From Vicugna vicugna (Eukaryota): DNA of 64,000 nucleotides. Position numbers and translations under genes: made by a program. This document shows, piece by piece, positions 13,736 through 26,799 of the stretch. Positions within the stretch are counted from its first letter, which is position 1, and every line of letters begins with the position of its first letter. The stretch spans positions 496,001 through 560,000 of the forward strand of contig MU058584.1 of NCBI GenBank assembly GCA_013265495.1, in the 5' to 3' direction. A model generated the notes under the pieces. It made no database searches and was not told the origin of the DNA. It saw nothing but the letters and a program-made list of their open reading frames with translations.

Positions 13736-15342
13736 GGACTGATTCCTTCTCCAATGGTAGCTGCCCTGTGTTATCTTAGAAAAGGCCGCAGTGTATCACC
13801 AGAGGAAGGCTCATACTCTGTCTTTTAAGCTCATTGAGTTTGGAAACTGCCAGTCACCTTGCAGCCAGTTTCTTACTGTAAAATATCCTTGAGGCTCCTT
13901 GGTTATCCTAATCATTCTTTATCAAATATAATTTCCTTGATTTTAAATTGAATTTCCTCTTCTTTGTGTTGACGAGACGGGGGAGTTAAAAGATACAGAG
14001 ATATGAAACGAGGGACTTTTTTCTACCTTTTCTGAGAAATAACTTGAAACATTCTAAGAGAGAGAGAATGGCTGATATTTTGGGAGCTGGAATGAATAAA
14101 CACATTCAAGTTTTAAAAATCAGTGTTCATTTTTGAGCAGTGATCTGAATGTAATTGGTTGCAACCTAGTATCATCCTGATCAAAAAAAGGGTTGGGAAG
14201 AAATAAAAGAAACTGAGCTCATGTTAGCCTGGAGAAAAATTGTTCTTTTGAGGGACACAATTATTCCAAGCCAATAAATTGTTTTAAAATGACATGTTAT
14301 TGTAGAGCTTAGTCCTAGAAGTTACTTTTATTTGGGCTCAGAATGTGATTGCTACAAAACAAAGTGACCCTTAGAGAGATTTTTCTAAGGGCTATAGCCA
14401 CTATTTTTACTATTTTTTAAAAAAAATTTCTTTCAGAAAATAGTAAAGAAAACAATTTACTGGTCCACTCAGTGGCTTGATTTTCTAAAAGGTGTTAACC
14501 TCTTAGGGAAAGATTCAAACAGGCCAAGTCTGTTTCCTAAACTGATGCAGCTTTTCGAACTATTGGGCTGAGAGTCCGAAGACTTGAATCTGTAATTCTC
14601 AGAATTTGTGACGCCGTAACTCTCCTTTATCGTGGTCATTAGAATAGCCAAGCGTTTTAAAAGGAAAAATAAATTGAAGGAGAATATTGGCCGTATTTGG
14701 AAGACTGTCTTCCTCTAAAATCAAATGGCAACTAGCCAAGAGGCTGTGCACTGGATCCGTCTGCCTCTACGTATGGGTAGGGTTACTCTTAACTTGCACA
14801 CTTGCTCACGTCGCTGGGCAGTTAGCCCCCTTTTTGTGTTCCTTGCTTCCTCCCTTGCCTTCTTGTATTCTCTACACAGCAGCCAGAGAGATCTTTCTGC
14901 GTTGTCAGTCAGGTCTTTACATTTGTATGGAAATCCTATAATAGTTGCTAAAGAGAGTATAAAGCTGAACCTGTGTAGCTCCTGTTTTCAAAGAACTTAC
15001 ATTTCGGTTGAGAAGATGAGAAAGAACAATGTTCCAAGTTAAGAGTATTAGAGGCATTTAATATACAGCAGTGTTATCAAACCAATCCCCCGAGTGCTAA
15101 TTGCCATAGCAGTGTGGAAGGCATTCCACCTGGTAGTGGAATGGTTTTTATGGCAGTCAGGGGAGGTTTTTATGGGGTGATATTTGAAGTAGAACTTATG
15201 GAAATGCTTTGGATGGATAAAGGGAGCAAGCAAGAAGTTTTAAGGTAGTAATTGCATTAAGTAACTGCAGACATGATAAAATCCAGTATCTTCATGATGC
15301 ACAGTGCAATTGAACTATTGCAACCTAGCATTTCACAAAAGT

Positions 15343-15570
15343 TGGTGGTTTTCAAATTTTTCTTTTTTACAGCCAAGACCCCTTTTGTCAAGCAGAATAT
15401 TGCATGGAACTCCAACATCATAGACATGAGAGCTGTAGCTTCTGTTGGATGCAGATGGGGGGTGGGTGCTTGCCCATCTCTGCCTACACAGTTCCTCAGT
15501 CCTGGAGTAGGGGTCTGAGACTCTCTCACCAAACATAGGGCTCTGAGGAGTAAAGCTTAGAAAACCACAT
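15343..15570. mobile_element. hAT-Charlie-type MITE
   Basis: Terminal inverted repeats gtggttttcaaa ... ttagaaaaccac. Confidence 0.55.
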
Positions 15571-17184
15571 GTTTCAGTCAAATAGCTTGGTGGGGGAAGG
15601 AAAACTGGCCACTTTGGGTCAATTGGTAGAAGTATTGAGTATCAGTTTTCAGTTTCTTGGGCAGTGGGTTTTTAGAAAAAATTTTTGATCAGAACCATTT
15701 AATATAGTGTTGCAGGAAGATCAGGATAGTGACAGGGTGCAGTTTTTGTGTCTCCTCAACCCACAGCATGATCCTCAGAACACCCCCCCCAGGGGTCCAC
15801 TGAGGGTAGAGTGTTTACTTTTTTCTGACGAAGGAGTAAGATGTGTGTGGCTGAAATAACTTAAGGGGAGAAAGGGAAGAAAGATATGAAGGCCAAGTTG
15901 GTGAGCACTGGCCAAGGTTAAATAGGATAATACATTTGAAAGTGCTCTGAAATTCATCAAAAGCTGTGGTGGAAAAAACTAACATGTGACTAAATTAGAG
16001 TGAGTATCTTAGTGGCAACGATATTATGGTAGAGTGGAGAGGAAGTGGCCTTTGAAAATAGGAGACACCGCTTCAGCCTTGTGTGCATGCTGGTTCCCAG
16101 GGCACGAGCTTAGCATTCAGATCAGTAGTAATGACCACCAAGCTGGCTGTTTTCCTCGTGTACTGAGGACTTTCTTGATTCCTCGTAACAGCATCTTTCC
16201 TGCTTGCAGCATGTGTTGAGGACAGGAAGGGAATTCTGCAGTGTGTGTTCCAGAAGAGTGGCTGATGGACGCTGGGGATGCTGCCAGCCACATAGATTTC
16301 CCTTGTCCACTCAGCACTCTGTCCAGGGAAAGAGGCACAGACATCTGATGCTCTGAGGAGGAGAAACAAGCCCAGAGAGGCAGCAATGTGACTGAAGACC
16401 TTAGACAGGGATGGTGTGAGGAAAAACCGAACACACTGGATTCCCTCTTCCTCTCAAACAGATGATCGCCAGATGATTTCCTTAGCTGCTCCCCTGCGGG
16501 CCTTCCCTCCACTGGCTGCTCCGGATGTGCGTTCATTATTCAGCTTGTCCTTCTGTCTGAGTCACGAGTACCTTCGCCCTTGCTTGGCGTGGATTCAGTG
16601 ACAGGCAGAGATGTTCAGAAACCAACAGGGTGGTAGGCTCGGTGTTGCTGTGGGACAGTAGAACTAGGAAGCTAGGCTGAGAAATGATTTCTGCCTGGGA
16701 ATGCTGGAATTTAATCTTGAAGTCTAGGGCCTATAGAGTCATATCCAGGCCTGATTATAGCTCTCCAAGGCAATAGGAACCATGGCTTCTCATAGAGGCT
16801 GTTACTGGAGACAGTTGAGCAGGCTTGGAGACGTAGCAGTTGGATGACCTTCCGAGTGTCCATTGCCTCAGCATGGTGATCCAGGCAGCAAACACCTGGA
16901 CTGGCTGTGTGCAGCTGGATGGAACCTTGTGGCTGGGAAGACTTCCCTCATCTCCTTAGGCCAGGGTGTGGTTCTCCTGGCTGGGCTGGTCCTGTTGGCC
17001 ACCACTGGGAGGCCCTGCCTTTGACCTGGGAGGCAGAGGGTCCAAAATCGTCATTCTAATTTGCACCTTGGTGGGGACAGTGCTCCTCACCTTCAGTCTG
17101 TACCAACCCTGGAGGAGTGGGGGACTCCTGAGCAGGAGGTAGGGATGCATCCCCCATCCTGATGTTTCCTCCAGCCCAAAGTAG

Positions 17185-18720
17185 TTTAATTTAATTTTTA
17201 AAACTAACAGGGTAAGATAGATTTTATCTACAATTCTATGAATTTTAATTTATGTATAGGTTTGTGTGACCACCACCACCAGGATCAGGACACAGAACTG
17301 TTACTCACCCCTAATATCTGCCTGGTGCTGTCTCTTTGTAGTCATATCCTCTCCCACCCCTACGCCCTGGCAGCTACCCCGATTTGTTCTCTGCCACTAC
17401 AGTTTTGCCTTTTTGAGACAGTTACATAACTGGACTCATACAGTTTGTAACGTTTAGAGACAGGCATCTTTCATTCAGCCTAATGAAACTTTCAGGTTTT
17501 GTGTGTATCAGTAGTTCAATTCATTTTTATTAATTTTTTTTCACATTCCAGCCAATTTACCTGTAACTTTTTTTATGGCAACACTTCATCACTCATGAAG
17601 CACCTATTTCCCTTGTATTTTTCTGTAGTATTTCAATACATAGATGCACCACAGTTTATCAGTTCACCTGTTTGAAGGATATTTGGGTTGTTTCTAATTT
17701 TGGCGATTATAAGTAGAGCACTGAACATTCATGTACAGGTGTTGGTGGGAACAGAAGATTTTCTTTCTCTAGGGTAGATGCCTAGCTGAGGTGTTGCTGG
17801 GGGTGTGGTACGTGTATGTTGATGAGAAACTTTGGAACAGCTTCCCAGGGTGGTTGTGCTGCTTTGCACCCCCATCAGCAAAGTATGGGAAGCCCGTTTG
17901 CTCTGTCTATCCTCACCAGCGCTCGGTGGTAGTAATATTTTTCAATTTAGATATTCAGATGGGTACACAGTGGGATCTCATCACGGTTTTAATCTGCATT
18001 CCCCTAATGGCTAATGATGTGGAACATCTTTTCATGGTAGACCATTATTCCAGACTCAGGATTATCCAGTTGTCTTAGGGAGCTGTAATGAGGTCTGGAC
18101 ATGTCTCAGTAGACCCTGAGGTTCAAGATGCAGATTTCAGAAGCTCCGATGTGCAAAAGTAATTTTTCAGTCCAGTTTTATAGGCAGGACTCTCACCGCA
18201 GTCCCAGTTCCTCCTGTCACACAGCAACACTGAACCAACCACTCAGCCTCGTTGGCTCCTTCTCATGTGCTTATTTGCCTTCCATTTATCCTCTGATGAA
18301 GTTCTGTTCAAGGCTTTTGCCCTGTCTCTACTTGGGTGGTTTTTTATTACTCAGTTTTCAGATGTCCTTTGTATGTTTTGGATGTGTCTTTTGTCAGATG
18401 GGTAATTTGCAATTATTTTCTTCCAGTCTATAGCTTGTCTTTTTTATTCACTCAAACTGGCTTCCACAGAACAAAGGTTTTAAATTTTGATGAAGTCCAA
18501 TTTATCTTTTTTTTTTTTTTGATAGATCATGCTTTGGGTGTCATGTGTAAGAATTCCATACAACCTCAGGTCATGAAAATTTTCTTCTGTTCTAAAAGTT
18601 GTATAGTTTCACATTTAAACCTGTGATCAGTTTTTCATATTGAACTATAAACCTGTGATCTATTTTGAATTAATCTTTGCATAAGGCGTGAGGCTGATGT
18701 CATAGTTCATTTGTTTACGT
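17185..18720 (-). mobile_element. Old LINE-1 (L1MB/MC-like) 3' fragment, interrupted by an insertion at 18037-18258
   Basis: Antisense L1 motifs (gttttaatctgcattcccctaatggctaatgatgtggaacatcttttcatg...tgcttatttgcc; ttttgatgaagtccaattt). Confidence 0.85.
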
Positions 18721-18921
18721 GGTCTGGTCCCATCTCACTCCCAGGAGTTCATCCTCTTTTCCTGACAAGTTTGGCTTTAGGTTTCCATTTGAGGTGGTGA
18801 AAATTGGTCTCAGATCACAGATTGTTGCTTTAGGGGAAAAGAATCTCAGGAATAGGCCCCCGTGTCAGAAATCTCTCTGGCGATTTTGCAGCTCTTAGTA
18901 GGATTTCTTCTCTGTATTTTC

Positions 18922-19059
18922 TCTTCCCTCCCCTCCCCTCCCCTCCCCTTCCCTTCCCTTCCTCCTTCCCTTCCCTTCCCTTCCCTTTCTCCTTCCTCTC
19001 CTTTCCTTTCCTTTCCTTTCCTTTCCTTTCCTTTCCTTTCCTTTTTCCTTCCTTCCTTC
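18922..19059. repeat. Pure polypyrimidine tract (CCCCT/CCCTT/CCTTT/CCTT)n flanked by a 15-bp direct repeat
   Basis: 138 nt of only C/T; cttctctgtattttc at 18907-18921 and 19060-19074. Confidence 0.95.
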
Positions 19060-19264
19060 CTTCTCTGTATTTTCATCTGCATTTCTGAATAGTCAGAATA
19101 GGTCCATGTCTCAAATCCCACTGCCTCCCAAGGCTCCCTTGCACATTTTCCAGTCTCCATGCAGTGGTCTCATTTGTGTACTGCATGTGCCTTGGGGGTT
19201 GTGCTTGATACCTGTCATAGGGAAAAGGTAGAAAATTCAGAAGAAACTCAGATAGGGAAAAGAA

Positions 19265-19475
19265 GGTTATGGATCACAGGTTAAATCCAGCTCACTGCCT
19301 TTTTTTTATAAATAAAGTTTTATTGGTCCATAGCTATAGCCATTGATCTATGTTTTGTCTATGGCTGCTTTTGTGCTACAGTGACAGAGTAGAATAGTTG
19401 GAACAGAGACCACATGGCCCTCAGAGCATGAAATATTTACTCCCTTGTTCTTTACGGAAAAATGTTGCCAACTTA
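19265..19475. mobile_element. MER58-like hAT MITE
   Basis: aaataaagttttattgg...tctatggctgctttt...acagagaccacatggccc...aaaatgttgccaac. Confidence 0.8.
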
Positions 19476-20317
19476 TGGAGTTGAGGCTGGTACTGGAGAT
19501 GAGTTTTGGGGTAGGGCACTTTGCTAAAGTTAAAACTGAGTCTTGCACAAAACAAAGGATATCCGTGCTTTTCCTGCATAAACCATCCTGGCATCTTTTG
19601 ATCCAGTATCATCTGTTGCCATAGGAATTTGGAGGAAGTAAAATCTGGCGCAGCCGTGGAGTAAGCTAATGGTGATGGGCTTACGGGGCAGATGAGATGG
19701 AGTGGAGATTATGTGGTGCATCTGAGTCAGCTCTGGTGTGGGAGGGGGAGACTCAGGGACTTAGGGGTGATGTGACCAGCATTTACCTCTTACTCCTCCT
19801 GGCATCTTTGTTTCTCTGGGTCTCCTACACCTTATCCTGCTTCAGTGATCCTCAGCCTTTGCTGCACATCCAGACGAAATTAAATCCATTTCTGGGAGAG
19901 GGATCCAGATACCAGGATTTCTCAAGTTTCCCAGTGGTCCCCCTGTACAGCCAGAGCTGAGAACCTTCATGCCACTTTCCAACTCCTTAGACCCCGAGGA
20001 AATATTGCCACCTACTGACAGTAGGAAGTTGTTATGATTGAAAGCAGGTCAGTAACTCTTCAGATTCCACTTCAGTCTGGGAACTTGTGCTCTGGATACT
20101 GTATTTTTATCATTCGTATATTAGAGCTCGGTTTTTGCCCATCTTAACGTGGCTCTTCGTGAGAAACACCCTGTCTCAGTTTTGATGTAACCCAGAATAT
20201 TGACATACACAATTGGGAGGAATCAGAATATTAGCACTAATGAAAGCCTTAGAGGTCATTCGTTCAAACAGCTGACATATCCAAATACCTTTTGGACTTA
20301 CATACTCTGGCTCTGGC

Positions 20318-20495
20318 GCCTTGCTACTCAAAGTGTGGTCCACATTGGTCCATGACACCAGGAGTGTCAGCGTCCCATGGGACCTTGTTAGAAGTGCAGT
20401 ACTTCTCCCACCCCCACACACCCCCACCTGAAGACTTTGTAGTTTAACAAGATCCCCAGGTGATTCACATGGACTTTAAAGTTTGAGAAGCACTG
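20318..20495. mobile_element. MER5-family hAT MITE
   Basis: gctactcaaagtgtggtcc...ttaacaagatccccaggtgattc...aagtttgagaagcactg. Confidence 0.85.
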
Positions 20496-21509
20496 CTTTA
20501 GAGAATCATGTAAGTGGAAACTTCTGTGAGTAGATTTAGAAAAGCTGCCAGTATTGTCAGAGACTGAATGACCCCTTGACAGAGACAGCACTGTTATATC
20601 TAAGAGCCCTCCTAAGCCTGATTTTGTTTTCCTCCTCCTCGAATTTCGTCAGTGTCTTTTTTCAATGTCTCCCAAGAATGTCCTTCTTTACACCTTCTAT
20701 TAAACCATGAACACTCATTGCAGCCATCTGTTCTGCCTGCTGTGGTCTTCCCATTGTTTTTCCTCTTGAACCTGGAAACTCTAATGACCCTTAATGAGTG
20801 AGTGCAAGCACAGGTTATCCAGATCTTCTCATCTCATCTCTTTCTCACTGTGCTGATAGGTCTAAGCTTAGGGGGGGAATGTTGAATGGATCAGACTTGG
20901 GAGAGGCTTGGAAAGGGAGTTCCATGTGAATGCCTGTGTGACCTCTAAATCCCTTCTAATTCCTATGCTCAGATTCTGTGGTGCAAGGTAGACTTTTTCA
21001 ATGTGTAACACAGCCTCTGTGTTCACCTGTGCTGTTATTGTTGAAAGCATTGCTGCTTTTTCCAGGCATGGGCTATTGAGACCATTTCAGTCTTATCCTG
21101 TTCTGTTCTATCATACAGTGATTTCATCCAGACATTTTCTTTATTCTTACAACCCAATGCTTGATGTATGTACCTGGTCTTCCCTAGGTTTCCCATTTCC
21201 AGTGTCTCTCCTTTTAGAATCCTCAGTGCTGGTGCCAAGATTATGTTCAGCATCTGCCCCTCTTCTCTTCACTGTTTTCAAAACCCTAAAGAATGTAACT
21301 CCATCCTCCTTTCTATGCAGAACTCTAATAATTTATTTTCCAGTCTGTCTGCATCCTTTCTCCTATCTTCTACCTCTGCTTCTGGGATCAACCTGGCCTT
21401 GCCAGACACCCTCATTTCCTTGTTGCTGGATTTTCTCCCCTGCCTTCCTCCAGTGGCTTGCCCATCACAGTCTTCCTACAGGGGATATGAGGTCTGTAAT
21501 ACGTTGAGA

Positions 21510-21670
21510 CACACTTAGAGCTGGGAAGGTTCTCAGATACAATCTAACCCAGTATGCTTATTTCACAGAAGGGAGGAGTAGTGCCCAGAGAGGTTAGGTG
21601 CCCAAGATCACGCAGCTAACTAAGACTGCAGATGCTTGATGTGGAGTAGCATCACTGTCCAGTGTGGCTT
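21510..21670 (-). mobile_element. MIR SINE fragment
   Basis: agagctgggaagg...cagagaggttaggtgcccaagatcacgcagcta. Confidence 0.55.
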
Positions 21671-23249
21671 CTTCAGGGGACTTCATAGTACTCGATTTGA
21701 ATCCTTTCATATAATTTTACAAGGTGAGTGTGGGGGTGTGTGTGGTGGAGGGTGAGGGTTGCAGGGAGGTCACAAAACATGACTGATTGCCTTCTTTTAA
21801 AGAGAAGGCCTTAGAAAGACAGAAGGATTCATCATTTGTCTCATAACCATTTTTGGTCTGAGGCAGAAAACCTTAAATCCTTGTTTCATGGCTCCACTAA
21901 ATACTGGCAGACTTTTATTTCTTCTAGGTGTGTGTGTGTGTAGACATGAATTATACTGTTTAGACATCGTTGTGTCTTTTTTTTCTTCCTGTGGCAGATG
22001 AATTTTATGTCCCTTGTCTTCCTGCTTCCTAGGTACCGTATTAAGCATTTGGAGGAGGGTCTGGGTCAGATGTTAGGGAAGGACAGAATCGGTCACAGTT
22101 GAAGTTTGTTTTATTTTTGGCTTTTCACCCACCTATGCCTCTGTTTTTGCTTTAAAGGGAAAGGTTCTCATGTGTGGTTTTAATGTGCTCAAGAGCTAGT
22201 GGAGGGAAAAGCAACCCAAGAGCAGTGGATTATTATTGGTAGTGGTACTCATCTTGCTGCATAAATCGCCCCTTGGGGCCCCTTCATCATTTGGATTATT
22301 GTTCAGCTCGCCGTGACCCGTCAGTGTGCTCGCAGTCGGAAGCAGTGATGGCCGTATTCCAGGGCCTGTCCTGTCTCCTCTCTACAGGGAGCAGCTGCCG
22401 CTCAGGGGCTGCCCCGCTCACAACCAAGGACACGGCCACAGCCCACAATTGCCTGCACTCTAGGTGGCCGCTGTCTGTCATCCAAGGGCCTGTTTAATTT
22501 GCCCTCTCCCATCATCCCGACACGGCGAAAATGCCTCTCTCCCACAGAACATCTGTGTTTGTGTGAACCTCTCTCCCTGTTCCTCATGCTCCAGACAGCA
22601 GTGAACTTGGATGTTTCCTGCCCTGCAGCCCTCCTTATCTTCAGAGGGCCCCTCTACCATGTTTTTCTGACCTCATTGGCATTCTGTACCCTTCCCAGGT
22701 CATTGACATGTGTCCTTGGGTGTGGAACAGGGTGGGAAGCAACAAAGGAAATGAGCGCAGCCAGTGCAATTAGTACGGGAAAGAATTCTGGGGGGAGACT
22801 GCAGGCTTTCCATTGAGTTGCCCAAGAATATTCCAGATCCTATGAAGCTAGTTTCCAATAAGTTCTTCCTCCTTTTCTTGCTTCCTGTTATAAGGTGGGG
22901 TTGCATGCACATCAGAGAGCTCATTACACATGTATTGAATGAATGCAGGAATGAATGAATAATTTTATTTCCTGGAGCCAGGATTCTGGGGAGGGGTGTT
23001 TGGGGGAACTGTGGGGAGGGGCGGTAGGGAACAAATGTTGAGAAACATAAAGAGCCAAGAGTCAGAAGATACGGGGTTCCAGGCAGGCTCAAGTTTTCTG
23101 CTAATGAAGCTGGGGAACTTTTCTATTTTTAACCATCTTTGGGTAGTGGCTTCTTCATCCCTAAGATGAAATATTTGGTCAACATTTGTGGTCCCAAATA
23201 TTTCAAACATAAGGATTCCTATAAAATTTAGTTGATGAAGTATTTTGGA

Positions 23250-24373
23250 AGATTTTGCACAGGGAAGGAAGCCAACAAAAATGAAAAGGCTACATACTGA
23301 ATGGGAGAAGATGCTTAGAAATATATTTGATAAGGGGTTGACATCCAAAATATATTAAAAAGACTCATACAGTTTTATATCAAAACAACCCAGTTAAAAA
23401 ATTGGCAGACGACCTGAATAGACATTTTTCCGAAGAAGACATACAAACGGCCAATAGGCGTGGGAAAAGATGCTCAGCATCACTAATTGTTAAGGAAATA
23501 CAAATCGAAACCACAGTGAGCTACCACCCCACACCTGACAGAATGGCCATTATCAAAAAGACAAGAAACAAGTGATGATGAGAATGTGGAGAAAAGGGAA
23601 CCCTCATGCAAACCTCATGTTGGTGGGAATATAAATCGTTGCAGCCACTGTGGGAAACAATATGGAGGTTCCTCAAAAAACTAAAAATAGAGCTACCGTG
23701 TGACGCAGCTATTACACTTTTGGGTATTTATCTGAAGAAAATGTAAACACTAATTCAAGAAGTTCTGTGTACTCCTATGTTCATTGCAGCCTTGTTTACA
23801 GTAGCCAAAATATAGAAGCAACTTCAGATTCCATCAATGAATGGATAAAGACACTGCCACTGTGTATGTATATATGTGTGTGTGTATACACACACACACA
23901 CAATGAAATATTACTAAGCTGTAAAGAATTAATGAAATCTTGCCATTTGTGACAACATGTATGAACCTAGAAGGGGTATTAGGCTAAGTGAAATAAGTCA
24001 GAGAAAGACACGTATGATTTCATTTATATGTGGAATCAAAAAAGCAAAAGCAACGAAATAGAAGTAGACTCATAGACACAGAGAACAATTTGGTGGTTGC
24101 CAAAGGGGATGGGTTTCAGTGGGGAGGGATGAAATAGGTGAAGAGATTGAGGTGAGGTACAAACTGCCAGCTATAAAATAAATAAATCATGAGGATGTAA
24201 TGCCAGCATAGGGACTGTGGTCAATATTGAAATAACTGTATGGTGACAGGTGGTAGCTAGACTTGTCATGGTGATCATTTTGTAATGTATAAAAATATCA
24301 AATCACTGTGTTGTATACCTGAAACTAATATAGTATAAGTAAATTATAACTCAGTGAAACAGAAGAAAAAAAA
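23250..24373 (+). mobile_element. LINE-1 3' fragment (ORF2 end + 3'UTR + A tail)
   Basis: gaatgggagaaga, aagatgctcagcatcactaat, ggagaaaagggaaccctc, gttgtatacctgaaactaata, A-rich end. Confidence 0.9.
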
Positions 24374-24769
24374 TCACAGTGTATATCTGCAGCCTGTGTA
24401 GCCAGATTAAGAGGGGAGTGGAAAGGGAGAAATTTTATCTCCCTCCTCACCCTTAAAATTGTGAGTTTCTAAATTACTCCTGCCATTTGTAAGCTTGGAT
24501 CTCCCTGAAGAGGGGGAGGGGAAGATATCCTGAAAGACTGTCCAAAGGAAAAATGAGTTAAACTGAGGACTACTGTTTTAAGCCAAAGTAGACTGAATTA
24601 CCTGATGAGGACAAATTTCAAATTCCCCCAACTCACATAGTAAGTAGAAATAAGGCCTTCAGAGCAAAATGGAAGATGCTTATAGGAAAAAGGAGAAACT
24701 GCTTTTTTGTATAGCTGAATTTTAGTATAAATTTTTAAGCTTCTGTGTAACTGATGTACTGAAAATGCT

Positions 24770-25270
24770 TGAACGTAGTGTGCCAGTCTCTGATAATTTC
24801 TTTAGGGTAATTAGTTGATAGGATTACTGAGATCAAATGATATTAAGGTTTTAGGACTGATACGTATTTATAAATTTCTTTCCTAAAAAGTTGTACCAAT
24901 TTAGATTCCCAGCAGTAGTATATAAGCGTCTGTCTTATCACATTCTCACGATAATAGACAGTTTGTAAAAGTATTTGACAATTTGGTACATTAAAAATAG
25001 AATGTCATTTAAAAGTCTCTGATTAGTAAGGCTGCACATCTATATGAGTTCATTTTCTTTTTGTACTTTTCCTATGAGCTGTGTACTCATTTCCGTAAAG
25101 GTGTAGGTGATGTTTGTACTATTATGAAAAGATATCTATAAATTTGGAATGCACTTTTTAGCGTAAAAAATGTCAGAGATGCAAAATGCATAAAACACAG
25201 TGAGTGAACACCTGATACCTACCACCTAGCAGAATTTCCTCCCACCATAATAGTTGTCATTTTAACACCT
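24770..25270 (-). mobile_element. Ancient L1ME-like fragments
   Basis: aagttgtaccaatttagattcccagcagtag..., ctgattagtaaggctg. Confidence 0.5.
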
Positions 25271-26324
25271 CTGATTTAGAAAATGGATGGCAGCAAATAG
25301 CAGAGATGCTTTTATAAGAAACTATACTTTAATTGTTACAATAGTATCTATGCTTTAAAAAGAATAGTATGTGTATGATCAAGACACACTGATTTTGAAT
25401 AAGGCAATTCTAGATGCAAATGTTTCTATGGCCCAGAGTAATGTTCATGAATAATGTGATTGATCTCTATTACCTCCCACATCCAAAAAATCCCAACTTC
25501 TGGCCCTACCCTGGGCCTGCCGAATGATCATGTCTGAGGCCTCAGTCTCGAATTCTGTCTTTTTATCAGATGCCTCAAATGGGACTTAAAAGGAGTCTTA
25601 GATTTCCTTGTCTACAGAGCTGGGTAATACTTATATTTTACACTTATGATGCAATGACAATGAATATTCCTTTCTTTAAAAAGTGGCTCCTCTGCTTCCT
25701 TTTAAGCAGTTTGCAGTTTGTGGAGATTTTATTTATACCCAACTTTCAGTGATATGTCTGTTGCTAAAATAAGTTATGCTGGGCTCGAGGTTGATAGATA
25801 GGAAGTAAATGTCTGTACCAGGAAGCCTCAAAGGTACTATAGAATCTGGATTCAGTACCAGCTTTGCTCTTTGTCTTGCTTGCATTTCTGAGGTTTTGTA
25901 GGAATGAACAATGCAAGTCGCTGAGCCACACGACAGTGTCAGGGACTGCCATGGCTCTTGGGAGCCCTGGTCCTTAGATTCTGTCCCCACAGGCACAGGA
26001 GCTGGAACTTAGGGAAGTTGGGTGGCCCAGAGAACAGAGGTTTACCTGCATGACCATTCATTCCCATTCATTACCTCATTGTCCCATGATGGAGACTCTA
26101 AGTTATTTCCTTAAGTGTGGATCAAGCAAAAGAGTTTATCAATGTGCTATGGAATATGGAAGAGTTAAAGTCGGATCTTCTTAAGGTCTTTATGCCCATG
26201 GAATGGAATCCAGGTTTTAATAACTTAAATTGTTAATCAATGAAATAACTTCTGGAAGATGTATTTTACCTTTGTGGACAGTGTCATATTTTCTCAGGTT
26301 CTGTGAATAACCACTGCCAACTGG

Positions 26325-26720
26325 GTTCATTAATTTATTGGATGTTTATTTATCCCCCTCCTGTCCCCTGGTGCTATATTCTTGAGTACAAATATGTGTA
26401 AATCATATTTCTCATTCTCAGGGAGGGCCTGACCTAGTGGGGAGATACACAAACAACCTATCAATGCTGAGTGATAATGGAGGCTCACATGTTGCTGTAG
26501 TAACCAAGCTGATGGCACAATTCTGTGGGAGGATGTGGGAAGGGGGAGTTGACCTGCAAGACTTTGCTGTGCAGAAGGCTAAGTAGATAATTTAAGAATA
26601 AGAAGGAGTTCACCAAGCAGATGGTAAGGGGGAGGGCATTCTGGGCATAGACAGTAGCAAATGCAATTACATGAAAGTTTGGAAAAATACGACGTGTTCG
26701 ACTTGCATGTGGGAGAGTGA
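26325..26720 (-). mobile_element. LINE-2 fragment
   Basis: Antisense L2 3' motifs (ctagtggggagatac..., gggcattctgggcatagacagtagcaaatgca). Confidence 0.6.
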
Positions 26721-26799
26721 CAGAAATAACCTTTTGCAAGCAGCTTGAATTAAAGTGGACTTGCCACGAGGAGAAATGTATTTGTTATAGTGTTTTCAG

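Noticed and set aside
18846..19160. K/E/R/G-rich and P/F/S-rich ORFs
   Set aside because: Artefacts of translating the polypurine/polypyrimidine microsatellite.
21001..21507. 168-aa ORF
   Set aside because: Composition reflects C/T-rich intron sequence; no recognisable domain or exon signals.
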